Translations under genes and position numbers: made by a program | DNA from: the human T2T-CHM13v2.0 reference genome, Homo sapiens | Reading direction: 5' to 3' (one strand) | NCBI RefSeq assembly: GCF_009914755.1 | Contig: NC_060926.1 | Length of the DNA stretch: 64,000 nt | The notes under the pieces: generated by a model | The model's database searches: none | What the model was told of the DNA's origin: nothing | Seen by the model: only the letters and a program-made list of their open reading frames with translations | In this document: piece by piece, positions 44,461-57,444 of the stretch | Layout: every line of letters begins with the position of its first letter | Numbering within the stretch: the stretch's first letter is position 1

Positions 44461-47400
44461 TATCTAAAGCCAAGAAAGAAGAAGAAAAAAAAGGAAGTAA
44501 GGAAGAAGGAGAGGAAAAAAGAAGAAAAGAAAGATCCATTTTACAAATACTTGTGAAGCACTTAGTATATGTCTACTATGTGCTAGATATTGTTTGGAGC
44601 TGTATTCCCAGTCTGCAGGAATTACAGGAATCTTGTAATCTTTTATCCTCACAGATGCTCTCACCCTAAATCTGACCAATTACCCTGCCAAGTCGACACC
44701 CAGCATCCACTAGGAAGGTCCCTTGTTGGTTCAAACTCCCCAGGCTTGCCAGTGTTTTTTACTCCCAGTGCCCATTGCTGCTCAACCTGGCTATCTGGCC
44801 TTCAAGCATAGGCTTCTGTGCCTACAAGATGCCTCTAGGACCAGGCAGGTATCCCAGTGGGGCAGCTCCGGCCTGAATGGCTGCATCAGGTTCCCTCAAA
44901 GGCTGCATTTCTTGCTTTCTCAGTTCCCTCATTGCCAATTATTATAAAGAAAATAGAAAAGTAATATAGCAATATCATGGGAAAGGATCAGGTGTATTTC
45001 ATGTTGGAAAAACTTCATGTACAAAACTCAAATGTGCAAGTTGCATCAACCAAGGAAGCAATAAAAAATGTTATTGGAGAATTAGGTGAAAACCAGCAGC
45101 CCAGACATTTGTAGAGTCCTCACTCCTTATGTAGGATTTTGTGTAAGGTGCTGGGGATAGAGAGAGATCTGGAAGGGTTCTTGTTCTTTTCTAGCTCAGA
45201 GGCAGGTTGTCACTGTAAGAAGCTAAGTGACATTTGTTGGAACAAGTACTGAGTACCCAGGGAGTGGAGCAGGTGCAGTGGGAAGTCAGACAGGATGGTC
45301 ACTAAAGGTAAAGGGTGTCTAAAAAGGTCTTGGGAAGGAGGTGGAGCTTGACTGAGGCTTTGTCAAGGGAGTGGGAGTGGGAAGGGTGTTCCAGGTAGCT
45401 GCATTGAATGGGCAGAGACACAGAGGTGAGAATGTACATGGTGTATTTTGGAAACAATGACTAGCTGGCTGGAACATGGGTTTGCATACGGAAATAGTGG
45501 GAAATAGGCCACGGAGGTAGGAGAAAGTCTTCTCGGATTGTACATCAGCAGTTTGCCTGAAAATGGCTTGTTAATGATTGGATTAAAAGGAAGTGCAAGG
45601 AGAAATCTGATTATTTTGGAAAATCACCAGGTTAAGTTTGTCTGAAACAGAGCCAAGAGAGGAGAGAAACCAGAACATTTTGAAAAAGTGAATAACCTAG
45701 CTATCACAGATTATTGCCATGGCTTTTCCACTTAATAAAATCACCGCAAAACCTGAAGACAACAGCGTCAGTAGGTATGCAGCTGTGGCAAGAGAGCCAA
45801 GAAGGATATGAAAACTGCCAACAACAGAAGCGTGAGGCCAAGCCAGGGGAGGATGGAAGTTTCATGCACAAGTGAATAAAATGCCCTAAAACGTATACAT
45901 CGAGTGCACTTTACCCAGACGTTCTGATGGCACATTGGAATTAACACCATAGCTTAGCTTCTCTTGTCAACCCCTGCAGTTGGGCTGAACCCTGACCATG
46001 TTCCCATTGCTGTCTCCTTCCCTCAGGGCTGACTGCTGGTGCCTGGAACCTGCACACCCTCCTGGGACTCTGCATCTCTGCTGGGGCTGGTTTCTCCTCT
46101 GAGCCACCTTAAGGAATCCCACCCTGACCCGGTCAGAGCTCACCATGCCTCCCTCTCCTACTTGCTCAGCATTTTGTGTCTATCTAGACTGAAGCCTTTG
46201 CTTTCTCTCTGTGATTGTGGTGAAAGTTCAGTTTGCTTTCCTATCTCTAGAATGTCAGCACGAAGGCAGAGGCATGGTCTCCTGAGTTCCATAACCCCAA
46301 AGCCTAACTCCCTGCCTGCCACACTGAGGGGCTTAGTAGACATTGACTTACTAAATTGAATAGTTGAGTAATAATGCTCTTTGAAATAATTTGGAGTTAG
46401 ATCTTGAGCCTTGTGTGGCCAGAGGATGGGTGAGGACACATCATAAAAACTAAAGGTAACTGAGCATGCCAGTGGTTGGGGTGAGAAATTTGCATGGAGC
46501 ACTCCAGACACAGAGGCAGCAAAACCCAAGTGCTGGGAAGTCAGAGTGAGAGAGTGAAGGGGCAGTGAGTGCTTCTTTAGGAGCTGGATCAAAACCTAAG
46601 ATGATCTGGCCACATGGTGCAGACTGAGCACACACTTGGGAGAGAAATGGGCCAGGAGGAGAGGAGAGAGGTTCACCACAGGACAGTGGATGACTGGGAA
46701 TAGAAGCCCTCCCCATGGTGGACCAAGAAGTCTGTGAAGCTGAGAGAAAGACAAAAGAAATCACGACTTCTGTAGGTAGCTGGGATGGAAACCTCAGGGG
46801 TGACAGGGTCTTTAAAGGAAATCTCAAGGAAGGCATCATGTTCTGGGTGTGCTCCAGGGATGCTGAGTAAGAAAAGACCAGCCTTTCTGTGTGTGTCTTT
46901 ACTCTGCCACAAGGCACCTGGGCTCCTAAATGACCAATACACATGTGCTATACTGGTGCCAAGAAAGAAGGGTGTTTTGTAGGAAAGTCAAGGTGAGAGG
47001 AGGTGCCCAGGACTTGGCTCCTTTCTTTGAAGGGTGACGGTGTAAATTCTCCATGCTGGGGATCCTACTGATGGATGGAGGCATGTCGATCTCATCATTT
47101 CACAGAGTGGGGAGCTATGGCCACAACGTGCCTATCACACAAGTCCAGCCTCACGTCAGCTGGACACCAGCTGTTCTGACACTTGTCAGCACATGGGGCA
47201 CCCGGAAGTTCATGGTGTTCTGCAAAGAACGCCACAAAACAGTGAGCTCAACTTCTTGAAAGTCATAATGTGTTGCTAAGTCCGATCCCAGATCCTAAAA
47301 ATAATATGAGGTAGTGGCCATTGAACAGAAAAAATTTACATCTTAAACTTGAAGATAAGTACAAGTGTACCTTTTTCTACCACTGTTGTTCAGTTTTATT

Positions 47401-48480
47401 ATATTGACAAGCACCTCTGCCCACCCTGTGGGGTAAAACTGTTTGAAAGTGTTTATGAAAGTTTTATATAAATATTGGTTGATCAAATGTACAAAATATG
47501 CATGATGGCACCATATTGTGTATAATAGTGACAAATACAGTCTATGTGGGTGGAGAAACAAGCTCGGTGTTGTGCATGCGGCTGTGGTTTGTGTTCACAC
47601 TTCTCCTTTAGAGTGTAGTAGACAGAACATGCCTGAACTGCCTGGGGCTGAGGGGTCTCAGGCGCAGAGTGGCCCAGGAATTCTGAGCAAGGACAGAATG
47701 TTAGAGAGAATATCCTGAGCTGAGCAGAGAGGCCTGCCCATGCTAGCTGGCAGCCACCTGCCTTCAGTGCTTCATTCTTGGGGGACCTTGAGGCCAGTTC
47801 TTGAGTGGATGAGTCCTGCCGCTACTGCTGCTGCCCACTTGGTAGCTCTGTCCTCATCTGGGAAGAGCCACTGTGAACCCCAGAGACCTAGTGGTGCTAG
47901 GGGCTGATGCAGGCAAATGACTGGCTGCCCCTGGATCTTATGTGAAAACAAGAATGCTGGACCAAAAGGTCTCTACAGGGCTCCATGACTACCCATGACC
48001 CGTAACTTCAGTGAGGAGCTAGTGGCCAGGAGGGGCTCATGGTTGGACACTGGTATTCCTCTACTCAGACCTTAAACCACAGGTTGCAAGAACAGGGAGG
48101 TCACATGTCAGTGACCTCATGCCTAAATAGATGCATAGCACAGAGCAGATTCCTGGATAGCTTACACCCTACTTTCCCCAGTGCATCGATTATGACTTCC
48201 TTTCTAGCAACTGTGAGTACAGCCGGGACTCATCAATCACACCTGTAACTTCCCAGCTGCATTTCTCAGGGTCTCTGAAAGCAGGGCCTTCTCTGGTCTT
48301 TTTAAATTACCCACAGACCTAGGACAGTCTTCTGCACATACTTCTACATTTTAAAGGCTTACTTTTAGTATGTTTATGTGTGTGAGATGGGGAATATTGT
48401 ATTCATGTGTGCATGTATATGTCTGTGAGTACTGTGGTCTGTGTGTGTAACTGGGTATGACTGTGTGTGTCATATGGATA

Positions 48481-48637
48481 CAGGGGACTAGAATGAGGAC
48501 AGCCAGGTGTCCAGGCTATAAGATCTAAGGAGGCACTTGCTCTCAGGGCCAACCCTGCCCTTGCGTGAGCCTGAGAGAGAGAGCCTCCTGGAATTTTGCA
48601 CCTTGAGTGCCTTCCTGCTTCACCCTAATCCCCCCGG
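48481..48637. mobile_element. MER91-like hAT-Tip100 fossil
   Basis: Imperfect inverted ends GGGGACTAGAATGAGG and CTTCACCCTAATCCCCC, with internal AATTTTGCACC motif. Confidence 0.55.
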
Positions 48638-51600
48638 TTGTCTGTATGTTTGGATGTGAGTGTTGTACATATGCTGTGTATGTGTGTGCATGCATGTGAG
48701 TGTGCATGGGTGTGTGTCTGTATGTCTCAGCAGCTGTCACTGGGCTTCCCAGTCCCTGTCAGCAGGCGAAGGAGGCCCCTTCATTTCCTTGGGTCCTGCT
48801 TATGCAGCACAGGCCACAGCAAAGGCTCCCTGGGTTGGGTCAGCCCTCACTCTAACTCAACATGCCCTGGAAGTCACCACAGGGTCATGGAAAGAGTCCT
48901 GGTGATGAGATGGAGTGTCTGCTCTGCCACAAGGGCTGTGGGACCAGGGTCGGGGCATACCTCTCTGGGTCTCAGTTTCCTCACTGGTAAGATGTGGCAA
49001 CAGAATCTCATCTGTGAGCCCCCTCTAGCCTTGAACAACTCTGGATCCAGGTAGACCAGCATAATGAAAGCCTATGAAGCTTCTGAGATGTGCGAGGCAT
49101 ACATTGTCCCAGGTACTCAAGTAACTCAAGTCTGGAAGCTGCGAGCCACAGAGATCAAGCCTTCTCCAAAAATTGGACTGCAAGGCATGCCGTACAAACA
49201 GAGTGCTAGGAGACCTTGGGGAGGTGGGGAAGAGGAAGAGGAATCATGGACAGCTTCATGGGGAGGTGGCTTTGGAGCTGGGATGGGTGAGGACAGCTGG
49301 AATGTGGGCAGCACGTGACCAAGTGCTTTGCAGACATGGCATGGCCCCCAGCCAGGCCCTGAGGAAAGGAGAGTCTCAGGACAGCAGCTATGTCACTGTA
49401 AGCAGGACCCTTGAAAGCAGGTGCCACCTGCAAAAGGGGGAGCCCTGAGGCCCAGGCAGGCCTGTCACAGTGTGGGGCACCTGTCTAGACAGCCCCATGG
49501 CCAGCAGTGGGGGTGGGCCATGGGCCATGGGGACCTTCCTGGTATGGGGTACTGCCATGTCCCCAGGGAATATGGGGGGCCCAGGAAGGTCCCCAAGGCT
49601 CGAAGGACCCAGGTCTTTTCATACTGCCAAAGAGATGTAAGGCCTACAGAGGGGAAAGTTTGCATATCTGTGAAGGCATGGAGCCTAGGCATTGGAAGTG
49701 TCCAGTAAGCATTTTCATTTGGCAGAAGTATCTCCATGGCACTTCTACCTACAGCCCTGCCACATTTTGCCACAAACTGTCCAGCAGCCCTGAGATGGAG
49801 CCCCAGTGTAGACCGTCATGGAGCACACTGGCTCTGGAACAATGAGGAGCAGACTGGAGAAAGCCAGATGGGGTTTACCTGTCAACAGCCACAACATAGT
49901 TGTGCTGGGGTGACTGTTCAAGAAAAATGAACTTTGGTGCTCCTGCCGAATGGGTTGTTAGTGTTCAGTCCTTTTCCTACCACTGAGTTGTTTTGTCTGA
50001 TCATTCTTCCTCCTGGTTCTGCGGGTCTGCCTTCTTGAAAGGGAAGAGCAAGACTCCAGCTCCCTGCCCTGTAGAGGTGCCTTCTACCTTGCTCAGTGTT
50101 GAAGCAAAGGAGCAAAGCAAAGCTTAAGTCAGAGATTTGGTGCTCAGCTAATCACAGAGACTTTTAAATGTCAACCAGGGTTTGCTATCAGGCCAAAGCT
50201 GGATTATTATTACCCAAAGTAGAAAATTGTGAGACAGAGGCAGGTGGGGAGGGAGGGAGAGAGAAGAAAGCAGAAGGTGGAGGATACGTGGATTTAATTT
50301 TTTAAAAATAAATATATGATTCCGTGTCAATTAAAAACAAGTACCCCAGGCAAGTCTTCCTGCAGTCCTGTCTTAGCCGCACACACAGCATAACTGCAAA
50401 CCCACTTGAGCTCATTTTTGCTCAAAGACCAACTCTATTAAACCCTTAGAATGTTCTGGATTTCAACACACAGTCCACAGACAGCCATTCTATCAAAAGC
50501 TTAGTGTTTTCCCTATGACTGGGTTTTCTGGTAAGGTGAACTAAGGCATCCTTTTCCATTTCAGGCTGTGGTAACAGCAGATAACAGCCGCAGAGGTCAT
50601 AGCCAGCACTTTCTATGCGTCCCTTCATTTAATCCCAGTACTCCTAGGTGGTAGATCTATTATTTTGTCCACATGAATTATTGAAAAGTCTGTCCTAAAT
50701 TTTAAATGGAACGAAGTACTGGGTTGCAAGTTACTGGTGGCTGTTTCACAGGAAATACTACGACAATGGGACTTTGGGAATGTGTTCTGGAGACTCCACT
50801 CCTTGGTGACTACTACATGGAGCACAGAAAATTGTCTTGAGTGGCAGCTATGTGCCAGGTGAGGAGACAGGTTTTACTCACATGACTCCCCAGAAGCCCT
50901 GCAGCATCCCCATATTTTATAAAGGGGAAGTACAAGCCCAGAGAGACATCTGACTTGACTAAGTTCACACAAAAACAGCAAGGTCTGGGCCAAGATGGAA
51001 GCCCGGGCTTTGCCTTCTTCTTCTGCCTGCAGGGCAGGGGCTTTCATCCTGGCTTCACGCTGATTTCAAAAGCCTCTCATTCTCTTGACACCTCATGGCC
51101 CCTGAGTTTATCCCAAGAATAATAAGTTCTACTGTCCTCCTGTAGATGCCGAAGAATCAAAACTGCAACACACAGAGGGCCTGGGTGTGCGCGAACACTG
51201 TAGTACACACCGATGACAGCAGATTAAGCCATTTCTCTCTTTGGTGCGTCACCCAACCAGCTCCTGGACCCTTCTGCTGTGCTGCCCTGACAGTCACAAT
51301 ATGTCCTAGTGGACTAATTAGCACTAACTACCCATGTCACCCCAAGGCCATTTAAGAAGACAAATAAAAAAGACAAAACCAATGAGTATTGTGGCTGAAG
51401 ATGACGAAAAAAAGTTAAAAGCAGGGAGGAATGAATTATTTTTTCTTTCTCAATCTCTCCCTCTGCTTAAACCAAAGAGAGGTTTTCATCTGAGAGCCCG
51501 GGAGCTAAGCAGCTACTTTCTACATGAAAAAGTGAAAACATTAAAATAAAATCCCTTTCTTTCAAGCTAACGTTCTAAAACTGAACCTCTGCAGAGGCTC

Positions 51601-54600
51601 CAAAAGAGAAATGCCTTGCTTTTAAGCCCCTGAGTGAGAGGGATCCTGAGGAAGTGGCAGAGGGGATGAACCTAAGCTTTGGGACATAACAACCGGCACC
51701 TCCAGTGGCCACCACTCCTAGCTATGCTGCCTGTGGATGGGGCCCCCAGTGCTGGCCCCTAACAGCATGGGGAAGCCTCCCCAGCCACTCTGAAGCTGTT
51801 CGCATCACATCCAAGATGAACCTAGGCAGGGAGGCTGAGTGTGCTTGGGAGATGCCAAGTTAGGGAAGTAAGTTCCCCAGGGTCCTTCAACTTGTGGTGC
51901 CTGAGGATAGCTGCTTTTTTTCCAGTGCAGATGGAGACACGGCAGCCTTGGGGGGATGTGTGAAAGTAAGGCCTCCCTCCCTCTGCCTTTCCAAGTGGCT
52001 GATCATCTCCTTCCTTCTCATAGCTACTTCTAGGAGAGGCATCCAGGCAGGAACCACTTCTCCATTTCACAGATGGGAAGACTGAGAACCATACTGGAAA
52101 GGGGTGTATTTTAATTAAACTGGAGAGTGGGGAACACTGATGAGGAAAGCAAGCTGATAGACGGAAGGCTCTGCCTGTCACTGCCAGCACGGGCACTTGG
52201 GCCTTCTTATCAAGGGTTCTGATGGGAGTTTCCACTAGGATTCCAGGTGTCGATCATCTAGTAGCCGAGTTCTGATGAGCTGGACTTTGGGTGGTTGAGG
52301 TAGGGAGCAGTGGAAAGGGGAATTGGAGTCTTATCAACCTCTTTGAACACCAGTTCCTTCCCCTCTCTTCTATAAAAATGTCGTAGCAATACCTGCCTGG
52401 CAGAGTTGTGAGAATTAAATGAGATGATGAATACATCTGCTCTCAGCACCACACCACACCTGTGGCAGTCCTCAGAGAGAAGAATCACAGCTTTCATTCA
52501 TTGAGAGCTCACTAAGTGCCAGGTATGCTCAGCTCTTGTGCAGACGTTCTTTTTCTTTGGATGTAAATGTGACATGGGCAGAGCAGGAGGAGCTGTGAGG
52601 CTGGCTTGGCTGAGCCACAGGGATTGCTGGCATCTTATATGGCATTCAGGACTATGGAGGGTCCACGGGAAGAAACACAGAAACAGAACCCAAGTATCCT
52701 TCGGGGACTCTTGGACTTTCTTCCCCTTGATCTTAGACATGCCTCAGTAAACAGATGCTGGTTTCTATCGAGACTCATTCCTGGGGAAGGACCCCCACCA
52801 GCCAAGCAAGGTAAAGCCCAGACTCAGTTACATGAATTACAGGTTTAAGACAGAAGCCTTCCTATGAATATTTTTCTGGCCAGTGGCTTATATAAGAGAA
52901 ATTTGCTCATTGTATTTCTATCTGGCCAACGAAGGGGTCTAGAGGGGCTTTCAGCAACCCAAACAGTCTTGTCAGCCCTAACTCTGGACCTAAGGAAATA
53001 ATTATGAATCCTCAAGATCCATTTAAAAGTGTCATTACTGTAGATAAACAAAGACGAGTGGATGCTTCTTCCTACTCCACCTCACTGCAGAGATTCCATC
53101 CATCCCAGGGTCACTGACCACTGACTGGATGAACTAGGATTGGTGTGGCAGAGTGGAGTTTTCAGGAGCCAAGAGACTCCTGGATTGTCATGCTCTGTAC
53201 TCCTTCCCCACGAAAGGAATGTCTAGAACTCCTGCTGAAAGTAGTCATTGCCTGCATTTCCTAGGCAGAATGTGTTAGCTCCCTCCCCAGAAGAACCTGG
53301 GCGAAGAAGGTGTTCCAATCTGCATTTGGAAAGAATCCCTCCCGCAAAGAACTCTACACCCTCTAAGAGAAGATAACGTGAGGGCATATTCTCCTCTCTT
53401 AGAGGGTGTTTTCAATACTAAATTCTATCTCTGAAGAGAATGAGGACCCGAAGGGGGGCAGTGCACCAAGTTTTCAACTAAAACAAAAGCAAAACTAATC
53501 TGCAGTCTTGAAGGTGGGCTCATTCATTCCCCTGCCCCCACTTTTTAAAACATTTTTTTTCTTAAATGAAACAGTTTCTTTTATCTTTTGGCTTCTCGTG
53601 TACTCAGAACCATAGAGCTCAAAGCTTCTCAGCTCAACGGAGAACTCAGCACTTCTTGGACTGATAAATAGAGCAGCTTTAAAATGCTTAGAACTGAAGA
53701 CAGACCAACTGTGGCGAGAGAAAGTAAACACATCCATGCACCAGTCAACCCTAGCAAGCTCCTCGCTGAGATTACAAACTGCAGTTCCTGCCTGAGCCGG
53801 AGAGGATGCTGGAGCAGGCTGGGGGACCAGAACCACAAACCAGCCCTGGCTTAGCTCTGGCTTAGCTAGCTGTGCCCCAGAAGAGCTGGGTCCTCAGGGA
53901 GTCTTCTTGCGGCCCGGTTTGGATGTTCCTAAGCATAGAAGACTCTGCCAGTGTGTCCCTCATTCGTTTCACATTTGGAAATGTACCAAGAGAAGTGGGA
54001 ACCAGCTTTACTCTTTCTGATCTAGATGGGAATCCTTTCCTTTGCATTCAAGCTCTCTGTGTACAGGTGTAACTTGCCAGTGAGAGACTTGGGATTTCTC
54101 ACAAAATAGAATGTGATAACGACATAATTTGATATGAATATTTGAGGAACTTTATCTCTGGACAATATATACTTTAAACATCCCCCTCCCCAAGTCACAC
54201 ACACAAATTGTTTTTATGAGAACCAATTAATAAATGCTAATTCATTGAGGCATATCTTCACTAAATTACTGTTTCATTTAATTGCAGGGAATTTTCCATT
54301 ACTAAACTCTCCCTTGCTGATTTTTTTTTGCATTATTTATATACTCTTTCAATTTCACTAATAGTGAGGTTGGTATGTGATATTATCTGATGTTTGTACG
54401 TCTTAAATTTATTTTTCATTTAAAATATTTCCTCATTCTTGCAGCTCCACATAATCAGGGAGAAACATCAATAAAAGCAGGCAAGATTTTACAATAAATG
54501 GTTGAAAAAGGCACTGGCTGAAATTAACCTGACAGGAACGCGTCCTGTGTGATTGTGTTTCTCTCATTCCAGACGTGCGTGTGTGTGCGTGTGTGTGTGT

Positions 54601-56449
54601 CTCTACTTTGGGTTAATGTGGGAATGCTTTCCTATATCAATAAGTCACAAGTCGATCTGTGAAAAGATTGTGCATACAAAATGGAGATGAAGATCACAGG
54701 GGCTTTAATAATAAAATAAACATAAACAACACTCGAATCTCTTTATAAATCCCAGAGCACAATGTGCGTTTTCTTACTTCCTTTTCATGGACCCCAAATA
54801 AAGACTTTGACAGCCAGATATCCAAGATCCGGATCAGCCAGCTTCCTAAAATTCTCCTCTTTTTTTTTAAGGGGTAGAAAACTGGGGGTATCCCTTGGTG
54901 GTTAGGGGTTGCTTAGAGACTGTGGTAGAGATTTGGTGTTAACAAAAATGTATTTTGAAAGCAGGATTTCAATTTTCTTATATTGAATGGCAAAGGTTCC
55001 ATGCACCTGGCTATCTTCATTTCTGAAATGAATGCTTTCATTTTATTCTCTCCAGCTACCTTCTCCCTTTCTTTCCTTTCCACCCCCATTGCCTCCTTTC
55101 AGTGTCTTTCTTTTTCTCCTTATTCTTTCACTCCTTTCTCTCTCACAGCAAAATGTTCTGGAGGATGTGAATGATTAAACTGTTTACTCCAAGGTTTAGG
55201 TATGAAAAGGCAAGTCACTGTAAGTAAAGTTTCACCTTTATACCCAACTCCATCAATAATTACAGAACAAGGATGACTATTAGTAAATCTTTCTTACAAT
55301 TGGCTCTTACAAAAATGATTTCATTTTTTCTGGGCATACCAAGTTTGACAGATTTTACTTTTCACAAAAATTATTTACACAGCAGAGGAACCTGCTCCAA
55401 AATGAAGGAAGCATATAAAGGGCCGTTGAGTGTATCCATAGGAAAATGAATACCTATAAAATGCATCTCAATAAATTAGAGATTTGAGGCCATAAATAGA
55501 ACGTTTTGACGTATTATATTAGTAGATGCCCTCTAATTTAAACCAAAGTGTCCCTTAATAATTAAAATTCCATGAGATTGATTTTTTATTTGGTTTCCTT
55601 CACTTCCTTTGTCTTCTTCAACAAAATTAGGCAGAGTCCTTTTGGGGGTAGACTGATAAAATTAATTAACTTTCCTTCCACCCCCAAAAAGTTCCAAATA
55701 AATGCTTCCAATAGACATCAAAAAAGTGTCAATTAGAAATAACTACTTCTTATCAATCAGTGGGGCAATTAAAGTGACAAAGCTTAAAAAGATACTTATC
55801 TTAAAACTAATTCACAAGGTAGCTAAATTATCTCCTAATTAACTTGCATTGTGGAGGGTGGGGGGGAACCATCTTGAAACAAAGATGAATTGATGAACCC
55901 CAATACCTCTTTATGTTCCTCAAAGTTGCTTCCATCCCCTGAAACCTTATTTTCAACCCAGGCAGGAAACCTGGGAAGAAAACAGATCCTTTCCAAATGC
56001 ATTTATTCCACTTTCCTCAATTCTAAAACCAAGAGTTAGGAATGGGGCTTTAGATCTCACATCAGGGAAGTTAGAGACATCGTCCTCTGCCTTGTCTTAT
56101 TTTACCACTTGAATGAACTATTTTCAGGACTGGTGGGAGTGGGCTGCGACAAGTTATTTAAGATAACTTTTAATGACAGCCAGCCTGCTTGCTTTTACAA
56201 AACTCTCTTCCTCATTGGTACAGTATTGTTTTCACTTTTATATATATGGGGCATTTATCGTTTCTTCTGCATCTTTGAATTTTTTTAAAAATGTTTTTGC
56301 TTTAGAGAATTTCGTCCCTGATGCAACAAAAATAGCGATTTTAAGGAACGTTCAGCCCATCGCTGACCTGCGCACGTTAAAATGATTCGCGTTCAACATT
56401 CCTGCAGAATAAAGCTGTAGGAAAGACAACGTTAAGACTCTCTGCAAGG

Positions 56450-56660
56450 CAAGACCAGCCAACGACGAGGCGACCCCGTGGCAGGCTGGGCGGCGGAGGC
56501 CGCGCGGGGAGGTTTTCTCGAGCGTCCCCGGTTATTGGGAAGGGTGCGCTCGGCCTCGCTCCCGCGGAAAGCCGTGTGGCCGCCTGCGTCCCGGGCTCTG
56601 CTCACAGAAAACTCAAGGGGAGCTCCCTAAGCACGGCCGGTCTCAGGAACAGAGGTGCCT
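56450..56660. promoter_or_regulatory. Small CpG-rich patch in proximal intron 2
   Basis: Dense CpGs (ggcggcggaggccgcgcgggga...cgctcccgcgg) embedded in AT-rich flanks. Confidence 0.55.
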
Positions 56661-57390
56661 GGGGAAAAGGGGGAACCTGCTAAAACCCGAGAGATAATGG
56701 GCTTGTAAAAACCAGAGGGGTCCGCTTATGAGTTTAGCTCCGGTTATAGACAACAGTGTCAGGTAAGCTGATCAGAAAGACAGACGGCCTCTCCCTCAGG
56801 TTTGCCGAGGGAGGGTTCAGAAAAGAAACAGGGAGCGCCTTCAGCAGTCTATGCGGTTATAGGCCATTTTCTTGTTTTATTAGCGTTTAAATTAAACTAT
56901 GAGAAGAAAGTCTCATCTTCCCTCCCTCGCCACTTTGTCTATTTGTTTTGGAAAGAGGGTAGAAGAAGCCCCTCTGTCTTCCCGAAAAGAAGAAAGGGGA
57001 AAAAAATTACCTGGTAGGTCCAGGGGCAGAGGGCTCCCTCCCAAAACCCAAGCGCGATTTGCATCCAAGCTAGTGGGAAAGCGCGCATCTCATCATCTGG
57101 GACTGTTCCTGATTAAAACTACAGTAAAAATAAATTGTGCCTTTATTTATTCTTTCCATACTCTATTTCCATCTATTCTAACGAGTACTTCTAGAATGAA
57201 AATAAGTAGCCGCGAAAAAAAAAAAAGCTCATCTGAGGGACGGGGACATCGTCTCATTTCTTGGGCAGCGGCAGAGAGTAAGGGTCCAGCCCGGCCACAG
57301 TGAATTTGATTTCCGAGAGCACTCACTCCTCCTGCCACCGCCGGAAGGGTCAGGGGAAGGTTAGGAGGAAAGATGGACCTCCAGAGCCGA

Positions 57391-57444
57391 GCAGAAGTGC
57401 CATTGCACCAGCTTGGCGCAGAAGTGCCATTGCACCAGCTTGGC
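57391..57444. repeat. Perfect 27-bp tandem duplication
   Basis: GCAGAAGTGCCATTGCACCAGCTTGGC x2 (57391-57417 and 57418-57444). Confidence 0.95.

Noticed and set aside
46985-47530. Possible processed-pseudogene-like segment (open frame followed by an AT-rich UTR-like tail)
   Set aside because: I recognise no parent protein in the plus-strand frames I translated, and there is no poly(A) tail or TSD. A BLAST search would be needed to revive it.
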